The position numbers were made by a program, and so were the translations under genes. Below are positions 42,714 through 55,267 of a stretch of 64,000 nt of DNA, one piece after another (within the stretch, counting starts at the first letter, position 1; every line of letters starts with the position of its first letter). Origin of the DNA: Dendrobates tinctorius (Eukaryota). The notes below the pieces were generated by a model. The model was not told the DNA's origin, did not search any database, and worked only from the letters and a program-made list of their open reading frames with translations. The DNA lies in the NCBI RefSeq assembly GCF_039654945.1, contig NW_027361784.1, positions 13,454,001 to 13,518,000 of the forward strand, in the 5' to 3' direction.

Positions 42714-43089
42714 TATTATTATAACAGTGGAGACTTGAGAAAAAGCACTGACAGACCATTGCTGTGTGACAATAGGAAGCAGAAATTTAGCAGTGTTAGG
42801 AGGCTACTGTCTCAAGGTGCTGCTGAAGACGCAAATAGCTCTATTCCAGGGCAATAACATTTAGAGAAGTGGATAAGAAGCTATTTGATACTCGACTGCA
42901 ACTATACATACTATATTGCAAGATGACTGTTTAAGCTAGCTAGCAGAGTCAAATCCTAACAGTGAGTAAATTACATGCTGTTAGCATTTCGTATGGTGCA
43001 AAGTTTGCTAAAAGTTTTGCCTAGGGTGGAAAACATGTTTAAATATATCTTCATCACAGATTAATGGCTGTAATGTTTCATTCATTCAT

Positions 43090-44266
43090 TTAAAAGAAAC
43101 CTGTCAGCTATAAAAGAAAAATATTTACATGCAGCTCAGCTACAGTGGTAAAGATAAATAGCAATTTTTGTAAAAAATTTTCTGCGTTAGTAGACTATTG
43201 CCTTTCACTTCCAGTCAATGGGGCGGTGCAGTGAGCTTTAATGCTTACCAGTTACTATGTAGAAAGCAAGCTGCAATCTCTTCCATGTAGCTTGATTAAC
43301 AGGTTGCTCTGCAACATGTGTGCACTGTGTGTGCAGAGAAGACTGTCAATCAATGTGCCAGGTAGTGAGTGCAGTGCAATCAGTTTTTAGTGAGTCATAA
43401 TGACTGGAAGTGAGAGAGTAAAACTCAGTCTGATGCTTCAAAGTGTTTATACCTTTTTCGCATAAAACACTTTGAAAAGCTGCAAAATTTTTGTGTAATG
43501 CAAAGTTACACAACAATTTTGCTTTGCGACCTTTGCATTTTTAAGCCAGTTTTGGGTAGCTATGCCAAAATGGGTCAAGTTTGCGAATTGATAGGACAGT
43601 ATGGGACATGGTTGTGTCTGCCAATCAAGTTCATGGAAAATAAAAAGGTACTCCAATCCCTGGCTCTAAATTAATCTGGTGCATCTTACTCATGCTTACC
43701 GTCCTCTACTTGGACAGCCCTTCTAAATCAATAGGTTCCCCCATAAAAAAATAACACCTCTACTCACCTCCAATGAGCGGTGCCAGCACTGGTCCTCCTT
43801 GGCTTGAATGACATTATGTCACACGATTCCTGTTGATAATCAGCGCTGGCTTCACTCTATCATTGCATCAGAGAATAGCTTCAGCTCTGACTTCCTCTGG
43901 ATTAAGTACATAAGAGAGGACAGTGAAGCCAGTGCTAGTCAAAGACAGGGATCATCTGACGTAATAATGGCACGTGATCACCGGGAGAGTCAATGCTGAC
44001 GTAGCTGGAATGGTGATGATAACGGAGGTGAGTATAAATCTTATTATTTTACTTGGGGGGGAAACAGGGATTTAGAAGGGCTTGTGTGTAGTGGATAACC
44101 CCTTTAAGCCTGGTGTACAAAATGCCAGTCTTAATAATGAATCTGGTCTTTATTTTGTCCCTGTAGGTAGTAACACAGAAAAACAAGGTTAAAAAGCTAT
44201 TTACCTGCAAGTAACCTCTACTTCTGCCAGTAAATAATGTTTTCATAGCTGACAGGTTCCCTTTAA
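43090..44266. mobile_element. Kolobok/T2-like MITE with nested MITE fragments
   Basis: TTAA-AAGAAACCTGTCAGCTAT...ATAGCTGACAGGTTCCCT-TTAA. A nested palindromic MITE at ~43705-44107 ends gataacccctTTAA. Confidence 0.7.
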
Positions 44267-44904
44267 ATATCTAATGCTAGAAAAAACGTCATTTAGCTGT
44301 ATCTGCCCATTGTGTTTTAAAATAATGAAATCTTTAGAGCAATGTGTTATCTCTTTTCACTTTCCTTGTCTGTGCTTCATTTAATATAATGACTTGATGC
44401 AGCAAAAAAAAGCCTGGGGCAAATAAAAGATAGACCAGCACCATTAATGTGTTAATGATCAATACACACTTACCATCCCTGTTACAGTACATCCACTAAA
44501 GCCTTGCACTAAGTAATAATATGGTCAGTGTCGGCGTAGAGGTATTTAGTGATTTTTTTAAAATCAATATTTAGCGAAGTATGGAATATTTGTTTGGCAG
44601 CTTTCTGGATTGTTAACCCATCACAATTATAACAGCATGGACCATGCTAAACATTCTGGAGAAACACTAATTCATAGCATATGTATATTATTAGTATTAT
44701 ATGTTAAATATACAAATATATTTAAGATAATCTAATTACTTGACCTACTTGTGTGGTAATATACTGTAGACCTTCCTGTTACACTTGCATATTACATTCA
44801 AAAGGTTCTGGGAACCGAAACATTTCATTCTAGTGTTAATAAAATCCACATTTTTTGTATCTCTATTGAAGTGCTGCCTCTATTTGTATGTATGTATATA
44901 TATA

Positions 44905-44935
<31 letters not shown>

Positions 44936-47154
44936 CCAAGGGTATGAAAACGTATTCAGACCTCTTAAAATTTTTCAGACTTTGTTTCATTGCGTCTATT
45001 TGGTAAATTCAAAAAAAGTTAATTTTTTCTCATTAAAGGGAATCTGTTTCCACATTTTAGCCCTATCAGCTGCCGGCACTGCCATCAGGGGCTTATCTAC
45101 AGCATTCTGTAATACTGTAGATAAGCTCCCTACGAAACCTGAAAGATAAGAAAAACACATTAGATTATGCTCACCGGGGGGCGCGGTCAGGTGCCATGGG
45201 TGTCGTGGTCTGGCGCCTCCCATATTCATATGATGATGTCCTCCTCCTTGCTTCTCCCTTGGCTCCTGTGCAGGCGTACTTTATCTTCCATGGTGAGGGC
45301 AGAGCAGAGTACAGGAGTGCGCAGGTGCCGGGAAAGGTCAGAGAGGTCCCGCGCCTGTGCACTGCAGTACTTTAATCTGCCCTCAACAGGGCAGATAAAG
45401 TATGCCTGTGCAGGAGCCGAGGGAGAAGCAAGGAGGAGGACATCATCGTATGAAGATGGGAGGCGCCGGACCGGACGGCGACACCCATCAGAGCAGACCG
45501 AACGCCAGGGTGAGTATAATCTAACTTGTTTTTCTTATCTTTCAGGTTACATCTATGGCTTATCTACAGCATTGTAGAATGCTGTAGATAAGCCCCTGAT
45601 GGCTGTGGCCACAGCTTATAGGCCAAATAGGGGGTGACAGATTCCCTTTAATGTGCACTCTGCACCCCATATTGACTGAAAAAACAGAAATGTAAAAAAT
45701 TTTGCAAATTTATTAAAAAAGAAAAACTGAAATATCACTAGGTCATAAGTACTCAGAAATTTATATTGAAGTCACATGCTGTCCATTTCCTTGTGATCCT
45801 CCTTGAGATCGTTCAACTCCTTCATTGGAGTCCAGCTGTGTTTAATTAAACTGATCGGACTTGATTTGGAAAGGCACACACCTGTCTGTATAAGACCTCA
45901 CAGCGCATGTCAGACCAAATGAGAATCATGAGGTCAAAGGAACTGGTCAAGGAGCTCAGAAACAGAATTGTGGCAAGGCATAGAACTGGCCAAGGTTACA
46001 AAAGAATTTATGCAGTACTCAAGGTTCGTGGCCTCCATAATCCTTAAATGGAAGAATTTTGGGACTACAAAAGTCTTCCTAGACCTGACCATCCAGCCAA
46101 ACTGAACAATCGTGGGAGAAGAGTGTTGGTGAAAGAGGTAAATAAGTACCCCAAGATCACTGTTGCTGAGCTCCACAGATGCAGTAGGGAGATAGGAGAA
46201 AGTTCCACAAAGTCAACTATCACTGCAGCCCTCCACCAATTGGGGCCTTTATGGCAGAGTGGCCCAACAGAAGCCTCTCCTCAGTGCCAGAAATATGAAA
46301 GACCACACTGAGTTTGCTAAAAAACACATGAAGGACTCCTAGACTATGATAAATAAGATTCTCTGGTCTGATGAGACAAAGATGGAACATTTTGGTGATA
46401 ATTCTAAGCTGTATGTGTGGAGAAAACCAGGCACTGCTCATCACCTGCTGAATACAATCTCAATAGTGTAACATGGTGGTGGCAGCATCATGCTATGGGA
46501 GTGTTTCTCAGCTGCAGGGACAGGATGACTGGTGGTAATTGAAGGAAACATGAATGCAGTCAATTACAGAGATATCCTGGATGAAAACCTCTTCCAGAGT
46601 GCTTTAGACCTCAGACTTGGCCGAAGGTTCACCTTCCATCAAGACAATGACACTAAGCACACAGCTAAAATAACAAAGGAGTGGCTTCAGAACAACTCTG
46701 TGACTATTCTTGACTGGCCCAGCCAAAGCCCTGACCTAAACCCAATTCAGCATCTCTGGAGAGACCTGAAAATGGCTGTCCACCAACATTCACCATCCAA
46801 CCTGACGGAACTGGAGAGGATCTGCAAGGAAGAATGGCAGAGGATCCCGAAATCCAGGTGCGAAAAACTTGTTGCATCATTCCCAAGAAGACTCATGGCT
46901 GTACTAGCTCAAAAGGTGCTTCTACTCAATACTGAACAAAGGGTCTGAATACTTATGTCCATGTGATATTTCATTTTTTCTTTTTTAATAAATTTGCAAA
47001 AATTTCTAATTTGTTTTTCTGTTTTCTTTTCAGTCAAGATGGGGTGTATAGTGTACATTAATGAAAAAAAAATAACTTTTTTGAATTTACCCAATGGCTG
47101 CAATGAAAGAGAGTGAAAAATTTAAAGGGGTCTGAATACTTTCTGAATCCACTG
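44936..47154 (+). mobile_element. Near full-length decayed Tc1 (family of 16496), frameshifted transposase, left TIR interrupted by a MITE
   Basis: Inserted in a (TA)n tract. Transposase pieces with WSDETK and FHQDNDTKH...SPDLNPIQ (catalytic E->Q). Right TIR ends ccactg at 47154. Confidence 0.93.
45033..45651. mobile_element. Kolobok/T2-like palindromic MITE nested in a Tc1 TIR
   Basis: TTAA-AGGGAATCTGT...ACAGATTCCCT-TTAA. The empty site ctcaTTAAtgtacactc is visible in the sister Tc1 at ~16590. Confidence 0.92.
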
Positions 47155-47319
47155 CACATATATATATATGTATATGTATGCATGTGTGTGTCCCACCCTT
47201 AAGTGGAGCTGAAAATAATAGGTTCATTCATGCAATGTACCCAGGTGACTCCACTGGACCACTAATAATTCACAAGGGCAAATTTTAATACCTTTTCCTA
47301 TTTTACATTACTAAAGGGC

Positions 47320-48047
47320 TGTCACGCCCCCCACTGGTGCCGTTCCACGACACGTCCCCACTCCTGAAATCCGGCCTCCGCCCGACGCTCTGACTGGAAC
47401 CTGTGACGCGGTGGCTCCGCCCCCAACATGGCGGTGCCCACCGTCTATTTCTTCCCGGCGTCTTCCCAGGTAAGACGCCTGTGTATCTCTGTGGTGTCGC
47501 TGTCCGTTCGGCCAGCGTTCACCCATCTCCCAGGCCCAGTATCCCTACCTTGTTTGCTCTGCCTCTGCTGTCGCTGATAGCTTCTGTGCCCTCCTCCTCG
47601 CTATCGCTGTGTCTCTGTCTCTGTCTCCCCTCTGGTGTCTCCCCCTGTGCTACCGTCTCTGGTAACCTGTCTGAGTGCCTCCTGCCTATTGGTCTCTTTG
47701 TCTGTTCTACCTTAGGTCCTTATCTTCGTTGTTACCGTCTCTCCTTCTCTTGCAGCCTCCAGTCTCCGCCAGTCCCGAGTGCTCCACGTCCTTGTCCCTC
47801 TCAGGCTCTGTGTTTGCTGTTACCTCCTCTCTGTTGCTTCTCTGACTCACTACCCTAGTCTCCCTGGTGCTTACCCAGTCAGCCCTTTGGCTCCAGCTGT
47901 CACGGTTTCATCCCTTGTGGGTCTGCCCCTAACACTCCCTGTATAGGGGGTGGCTCCACCTGGTCAGCTCACCAACGGGGGGTCTGGAGCCGTGTCCCAG
48001 AGGGTCCACTCTGGGTTGTTCTAGCTTTATCTACCCATCCTAGCACA
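47320..48047 (+). mobile_element. Probable isolated LTR (Gypsy-type)
   Basis: Starts TGTCACG. GC-rich head and pyrimidine-rich body, CA near 48047. No clear target duplication. Confidence 0.55.
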
Positions 48048-49317
48048 ACTGTAGCGAGGGTCCAGTAATGCTCCAAGTATTTGTAATCTTTGTGTTGATG
48101 CTCATGTTTCCAAAATAATTTATGAAACACTGATGAACAACTTCAGGCCTCTGTTTAAAAGCTGAAGATGAAGAGAAATTTCACCTTTCAGCATGACAAC
48201 AACCCTAAGGATAATCAGTAAAAGAATGACATTGTCAGAAGAAGGTCAAGGTTTTGGAAAGGAACAACCAGAACACACAGAAAATTTGTGGGTGATTGGA
48301 ATAAGGCACCATACACAGGAAATGCCCCACACAATCTGTCAAAGTTGGTGCACTACTGCAAGGATGAGTGGGCAAAGATTGATAACTTTAGTGTCATGAT
48401 CCAGGGTGGATTATGACAGATAATGCACTAGTAACCTTTTTTTTCCCTTCAAGCCTTTGGCTTTAAGGTAGTTTTGCCCCCGGTGGCCATTAGGGTCATT
48501 GCACTGTGGTGATTTCAGTTCTAGTTTTGCCCCCGGTGGCCGGTAGGGTCATTGCACTCTGGTTACTTTAGTTTAGTGCACGTGATGATGAAGCAGGTGT
48601 GATTGCTGGCTCTTACCTTTAAAAGAGTGTCAGGTGGTTGCCATCACTGTTGGTGATATTGCTTAATTCCAACCAAGTCTGGTGGAGGAAGGAACTACAG
48701 AGAGAGGAGTTCCTTGCAGCTCAGGCAGAGCTGTGGTGTAGTTGCTTCAGGTGGAAGCTGAATCCTGGTGGTGGACTCTGTTGCTGGGAGCAAGAGCAAC
48801 AGAGCAAAGCTAAGTGGTGATCACTGTTTTGTAACTTTCCTTTTGTGTGTTTCAGTGCAGTGGTGGGATTAGTTTCTGCACTGTCTATTTCACTAGAAAG
48901 GGCTAGGTGCAGGGCGAGCTAGCGTTTTAAGGTTCCTGATCGGCGCCCAGTGCGGAGCCGGAATAGGGACTGTTAGGAGTGTAGAGACACTGACTCAGGG
49001 GAGTGCAGGAGGCCTCCACATCCCCGTTCCCTATCGCACGGCCCTCCATTGTATCAGTTTCCCGGGTGTTTCCCTTTATTATTTAAATTCGCCCTGCTGG
49101 AGGCGATGTATCCAGTTATACTTGTAATTCTGAAATTTGCCTGCTGGAGGCGGTGTAACCGGCTGCACGTTATATTATTTAAATTCGCCCTGCTGGAGGC
49201 GGTGTATCCAGGGTCACGTGTGCCATAGAAATTCGCCCTGCTGGAGGCGGTGTGTCCAGTCACACGTTGACCATCGCATTATCACCAACTACAACATTTT
49301 TTTCTCTCTAGTGAGCC

Positions 49318-50337
49318 ATGGGCCAAGTTCAGACCAGTGAGCAGTTGCTGCTGGCCCTCACTGAGATTAGTGAGGAGCTGCATGATGTGTTTCAGCAGCA
49401 CCTGCAGCGGAATTATGGGTCTGAGGCCTATCCTCTGCCTCAACTAGAGGGTCCATATACGGCTTTGGTGAGGATGTGCCGTGGAGTCCCTGCTGGGGAG
49501 CAGGACTTGCTTATACAGGCGGACGCACCCAGGCAGGTGGGTGGAGTCAGGGTCCCCATGGTGATGCCTGGTGTTCCCCAAGGTGAAGGGGTACGTCCCT
49601 GTAGTGAGCAGACTAATGATTTAGTCCTTGGCACTGATGCCGAAATTTCTGTACTATCACAGAAGCCGTGCCCCCCTGGTCGTGTGGAGGAAGACGACCT
49701 GGGAGTGTATATTTCCTCCTCGCCCTCAGAAGGTACTATGTCAGCAGAGGTGATGGTTAGCGAGGTACCTGAGGGCATACCAGTGCTTGTTAACAGTGGA
49801 GCAGAAGTCAGTCTAGTGGATGCTCAGCTTGTCCAGACTCATGGTCTGAGTGGTGAGACGCCGGACAAACCCATAAGCATCCAGGCCATTAACTCTGTCC
49901 CATTGAGCCAGGGGGGGTTGAACCAAGTCACAGAAGACATTGTGCTGTATAGTGAACATCATGATGAGTCCCAGTCATACTACGTCTTGGAGGGAAATCC
50001 AGCACCTATCGTTGTGAGCCCCCCTTGGTCTAAAAAACACAACCCGCTTTTAGATTGGCGGACTAGGGAAGTCATCAGCTGGGAGCAGTCATGTGAGGGC
50101 TGCTGCCTAGGGGCTACTGTCTCTGCCGGCTCTCTACAATCGTCCCCTTCCTCTCCAGTGAGAGCAGCGGAGGTGCTGCAGGAGAGTAAAGGCAAGGCTC
50201 AACCCTTGCCATTAGCCAACCCTGAGAGGCACAGACCTCATAGTAGGAGGGGTTGGAGGGTGGTGTTTCCCTTGGTGAATTGCAGGGGTGTGAGTGTGGT
50301 GACACAGGGGACACCACTGTTGTCAGTTCCAGAATGA
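49318..50337 (+). CDS. 339-aa element ORF: unassigned N-terminus plus retropepsin-like protease domain (VLVNSGAEVSLVD)
   Basis: Protease pattern VLV[N]SGA...PISIQAINSVPL...PAPIVVSPPWSKKHNPLLDW is typical of vertebrate Gypsy proteases. Strong Kozak context gagccATGG. Confidence 0.7.
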   Translation: MGQVQTSEQLLLALTEISEELHDVFQQHLQRNYGSEAYPLPQLEGPYTALVRMCRGVPAGEQDLLIQADAPRQVGGVRVPMVMPGVPQGEGVRPCSEQTNDLVLGTDAEISVLSQKPCPPGRVEEDDLGVYISSSPSEGTMSAEVMVSEVPEGIPVLVNSGAEVSLVDAQLVQTHGLSGETPDKPISIQAINSVPLSQGGLNQVTEDIVLYSEHHDESQSYYVLEGNPAPIVVSPPWSKKHNPLLDWRTREVISWEQSCEGCCLGATVSAGSLQSSPSSPVRAAEVLQESKGKAQPLPLANPERHRPHSRRGWRVVFPLVNCRGVSVVTQGTPLLSVPE

Positions 50338-50339
50338 GT

Positions 50340-50740
50340 TCACCGAATTTTGACAAACGAATCTGTGGCAATAAACGTTCAGGTCCGGACCTGTGTATGA
50401 ACGAGCATGTATGGGTGGCCATCAAAAACATCCAGTGAAAGTGTGTTGCGGGAGTCTGGAATTCTCAGGTGATTGGGCCGTATCTGGTGTCGGCTGTCCA
50501 GGGCCCAGAGACTTACCAGCTGGAGTTACCCACATTCTTGCCCATACACCTCTCGTTCCCCAGATCGGCACTTTGGAGATGGGTGGTGCCTCCGGAACAT
50601 ACATTGCCAATACCAGCGGTGCTTGTTTGTCATAAACCTGAAGTGCAGGTAGCTGCTGGGGTGAACTCTGGACCGGGGCGTCCCCGCTGTAGGTGGTTCC
50701 CTGATGAGGAGCGGTCTTGAGGATCCAGAGGCACCTCATT
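50340..50740 (+). pseudogene. Degenerate Gypsy integrase C-terminus (GPY/F region)
   Basis: VWVAIKNI...IGPYLVSAVQGPETYQLELPTFLPIHLSFPRSAL with stop/frameshift. Confidence 0.72.
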
Positions 50741-52009
50741 GAGGGAGGGTACTGTCATGATCCAGGTTGGATTATGACAGATAAATGCACTAGTAACCTT
50801 TTTTTCCTTCAAGCCTTTTGCTTTAAGGTAGTTTTGCCCCCGGTGGCCATTAGGGTCATTGCACTGTGGTGATTTCAGTTCTAGTTTTGCCCCCGGTGGC
50901 CGGTAGGGTCATTGCACTCTGGTTACTTTAGTTTAGTGCACATGATGATGAAGAGGTGTGATTGCTGACTCTTACCTATAAAAGAATGTCAGGTGGTTGC
51001 AGTCACTGTTGGTGATATTGCTCATTTCCAACCAAGTCTGGTGGAGGAAGGAACTACAGAGAGAGGAGTTCCTTGCAGCTCAGGCAGAGCTCTGGTGTAG
51101 TAGCTTCAGGTGGAAGCTGAATCCTGGTGGTGGACTCTGTTGCTGGGAGCAAGAGCAACATAGCAAAGCTAAGTGGTGACCCCTGTTTTGTTACTTTCCT
51201 TTTGTGTGTTTCAGTGCAGTGGTGGGATTAGTTTCTGCACCGTACATTTCCCTAGAAAGGGTTAGATGCAGGGCGAGCTAGGGTTTTAAGGTTCCTGTCG
51301 GCGCCTGGTGCGGAACCGGCATAGGGACTGTTAGGAGTGTAGAGACACTTACTCAGGGGAGTGCAGGAGGTCTCCACATCCCCGTTCCCTATCGCAGGGC
51401 CCTCCATTGTATCAGTTTCCCTGGTGTTTCCCTTTATTATTTAAATTCGCCCTGCTGGAGGCGGTATATCCTGATATACTTGTAATTCTGAAATTTGCCT
51501 GCTGGAGGCGGTGTATCCGGCTGCACGTTATATTATTTAAATTCGCCCTGCTGGAGGCTGATAGGACTCTATCAGCATGGCACATTTAGTTGTGCCATGC
51601 TGATAGAGTCCTATTGCAGAAAACTTAATGCTGTCATAAATTGAATGGGTACTGTACCAAAGAATTTAAGGGTGGGTTTATTTACATTAGTTCTTTATTT
51701 TTATTTTTCTACATGAAACAATTTGTTTATTTTTTTAATGGATATGTACAGATTATGGATGACATTAAAGGTGGAAAAAGTACTGAAATGATTATTTTTT
51801 TCTAAGATTTGTTTACTTGCCAAAAATGTAGAATTTTAACAAGGGGGATAGACACAAGAGAAACATCAGAAATGCATTAGTGGGTATTCAGACCCTGTTA
51901 TGTGGATTTCATTCTGTTTTTAGCTCCCCATGAAGCATCAATAAATAAGTAAAGTTTTATGAAATTCATGAATTTGTCATTTTCCTTTAGTCTGCAAAAA
52001 TATGTCCCT

Positions 52010-52345
52010 TCCACAACATGATGACCCCGTAGTTCCCCAAAATACATTATCATGCTTCTCACACAGTATGATACCCCACATTCCATCCACACAGTATCTT
52101 GGATCAAACAGCCTCCAACTCAGTATGATGGTCCCTCAGAATGATGACCCACAGCCTCCACTCAGAATCATGGCCACTTAGTGTGATGTTGCCTCAGCCC
52201 TAATTCATTTTGCCTAAGCATCACCTCACAGAATATGATTCCCCACAGTCTACCCCTGCCAATCCCCAACTTAGTATCATGCCCCCCATAACCCACGCCC
52301 TCCACTCAGTATGATGGCTCCCCAGCCCTCACCTAGTTTAATGAT
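52010..52345. repeat. Degenerate short tandem repeat (cacagtatgatggcccc-like)
   Basis: Recurring cagtatgat / cagaatgat / ccccaca motifs. Probably the interior of an old DNA transposon. Confidence 0.55.
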
Positions 52346-53269
52346 GCCCAAGTACAATAATTAAAAGGCAAAAAATACACAACTAGCCATGTTCACCAAA
52401 TGTGCTGGTCTGTGCAGTGTGGGTACTCTGTACAGCAGTTGTGGTGTAGTGATATCATTGCTCCTGTCCTGTGATGAGTCTCAGATGTATAGGCACAGGC
52501 TGAGTATTGGATCAGGGAGTTGTGCAATACCAGGCCCTAGAGCAGTCATGTGTTTTGTTGCTATGGATGGTGCACCTCTGGATTGTTAATTGCCTTTCCA
52601 GAATCATGATTATTTTTCTATTTTTTTAACTTGACCACATCTTGCTACCTTGCAGAAATATGTAAAAATTGTTTGGGGCTCTCTTGATATGCAATATGAT
52701 GCATTCTCCTGGTTGGGTTTGATGATGTCATGAAACCTATTTGTATCCATTTGGCCCTTAGACTCTTTGCCTGGTAATAATGCTGTAAACCTTTCCTCAG
52801 GCATCGGACTGACTTCTGCTTCTTAATTTCCTATTGCTACTCCTCTATCTGCATCACTAACCAAAGTTTAACTAATTTCTATTAGTAATACTGTATAAAA
52901 TTATAAAGTGTTACTTTTTCTCCCCATATTAGAATTATGTTGATATACTTTTCTGTACTGATATTGTGTCATGAACTCAGTTCTTATTCTTGGCCAAGTC
53001 ATTGTTCATAATTGGTGCTTCCTCTATTTTAACCTTGTTCTAGCCCCTCAGCTCACAATACTTTGGATACACTGGCTTACTTGTGACCTTGCTTCACAGT
53101 TATGCTTATGCTAGAATCATGTCTGTCTTCCTTTTTAATGAACCCCAACTTATTCTTGACCTCTCTACTATCTCAACATCAGTGTCATGAATCAAAGACT
53201 ATTCCGGAGAATGTGGCCCATGGATTTCCTGCAGGTGTCAAAGGATTGAAACAGACTTATCACCATCAG

Positions 53270-54320
53270 TAGAATCATAGAATCATGGAATCAGAGTTGG
53301 AAGGGACCTCCTGGGCCATCTGGTTCAACCCCCTGCTCAAAGCAGGATTCGCTAAATCATCCCAGACAGATATCTGTCCAGCCTCTGTTTGAAGACTTCT
53401 ATTGAAGGAGAACTCACCACCTCTCGTGGCAGCCTGTTCCACTCATTGATCACTCTAAAAGTTTTTTCTAATATCTAATCTGTGTCTCCTCCCATTCAGT
53501 TTCATCCCATTGCTTCTAGTCTTTCCTTGTGCAAATGAGAATAAAGATGATCCTTCTGCAATGTGACAGCCCTTGAGATATTTGTAGACAGCTATTAAGT
53601 CTCCTCTCAGTCTTCTCTTTTGCAAGCTAAACATTCCCAAATCCTGCAACCTTTCCTCATAAGACAGGGTTTGTAAACCAGTCACCATTCTGGTCGCTCT
53701 TTTCTGAACTTGCTCCAGTTTGTTGATGTCTTTTTTAAAATGTGGCGCCCAAAACTGGACACAGTATTCCAGACTAGGTCTGACCAAAGAGGAGTTGAGG
53801 GCAATAATGCCTTCACGTGATCTAGACTGTATGCTTCTCTTAATGCATCCTAGAATTGCATTTGCCTTTTTTGCTGCTGCATTACACTGTTGACTCATAT
53901 TCAGTCTGTGATCTATTAGTATACCCAAGTCTTTTTCACATGTGCTGTTGCTTAGCCCTATTCCGCCCATTCTGTATATGCTTTTTTCATTATTATTGCC
54001 CAGATGTAGTACTTTGCATTTTTCCCTGTTGAAAACCATTCTGTTAGTTGCTGGCCAATCCTCCAGTTTATTTATATCATTTTGAATCTTCTCTCTCTCT
54101 TCTCTAGTATTAGATATCCCTCCTAGCTTTATGTCATCAGTAAATTTAATCAGTTTACCCACAATTCCTTCATCTAAATCGTTGATAAAGATGTTGAACA
54201 ATACAGGGCCCAGGACAGAGCCCTGTGGTACCCTACTTGAGACATTCTTCAAACTGGATGTGCAGCCATTTACGACCACTCTTTGGGTCCGATCACTAAC
54301 CCAGTTATGAATTCACCTAT
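53270..54320 (-). mobile_element. 5'-truncated CR1 LINE
   Basis: ORF 54279-53455 with [39 protein letters not shown]. (ATTCTATG)n-type tail at 53270-53292. Confidence 0.95.
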
Positions 54321-55267
54321 CAGTATAATCAGTGCTAATAAGATTAAGGCTTCGGAGATGCACTGTCATGACTCCAGAGACCCATACCAGAGACTAATTT
54401 CATGTATCTGTATTAGTATCTCTCTAATAGAAATATTTGGAATAGCAGGTGGTAAACTTGAGATTGTTGTATTTGACTCCCGTGATGTATTTTTTACATT
54501 GTCACATTTTTAAGTCACGCTCAACAATGAATGATATCCTCCTCTATTATGCATTTATTCTTACTTTTTTAATATTACTAAATAAATGTTTCTTTTCTTT
54601 TTTCATGTCTGCTGTTGAAACCCTTTACATCTGCCTAGAGGGGCTGCACTAAGTTCTCTTTGAAGTTATCTCTCTTTCCACACTAAGAAGCAGCTGGCAT
54701 TACTTTGAAGACCATTTTAGCGCCCCAGGAATATATGGGTCATATTGGGTCTCATGTGATATCTGTACAGTTTGAATACAGACTATAGCTTCACATACAT
54801 TTTTTTAATGATATTTTCACATCACATTAAAATTACACGTTGTAAATGTACAGTTTTCACGCAATGCAGGGCAATAGCTTCACATGCTACACAATTTTAG
54901 CTAGATGCATGGTGATATAGCTTCTGGCTAATTTACTTCTCCAGATTTCTGACATTTATACCTTCCACCGCTAAAGCAGGAAAGAGTTTAACTGATTAAG
55001 GTTGAGTGGTACAGAAGAATAACATATATTTATATTATTTTTACATTTCTGTTAACTTCATTCAGGTATATCATGATTTGGTATGATATGTGGCTGATCC
55101 CAATTTCCTATAACATTATTTTTGCCAGCCTTACACAAAAGAGGCATGGTTCAACCATAAACATATCACTGTACTCCTAATTTATATAATGAGTATAGTA
55201 ATAATAATATACTACAGTATAATAATATTACATAATATAATATTACATAATATTACATAATATTACA

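Larger units (their letters stand above)
48392..51584 (+). mobile_element. Non-autonomous two-LTR Gypsy-derived retroelement (3.2 kb)
   Basis: 5' LTR 48392-~49278 and 3' LTR 50753-51558 both start TGTCATGATCCAGG and are highly similar. Polypurine tract gagggagggtac 50741-50752. TTTAG target duplication at 48387-48391 and 51585-51589. Confidence 0.92.
48130..51860 (+). pseudogene. Old Tc1 transposase remnant split by the LTR element
   Basis: FTFQHDNNPK...ENLW...DEWAKI before 48391 continues as CAMLIESY.RKLNAVI after 51585. Confidence 0.7.

Noticed and set aside
47403-47858. 151-aa Leu/Ser/Pro/Cys-rich ORF
   Set aside because: Low-complexity pyrimidine-rich LTR sequence with no domain motif.
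49085-49278. True CRISPR array
   Set aside because: Vertebrate LTR context, only four units, spacers too short and partly related, no cas genes. Kept only as a repeat-spacer curiosity.
48638-51179. Duplicated 60-aa ORFs (48638 and 50997)
   Set aside because: They are the same segment of the two LTRs and start at non-ATG codons.
52610-52804. 64-aa ORF considered as a transposase fragment or missing host exon
   Set aside because: No recognisable DDE, sushi or CUB motif and no convincing splice sites.
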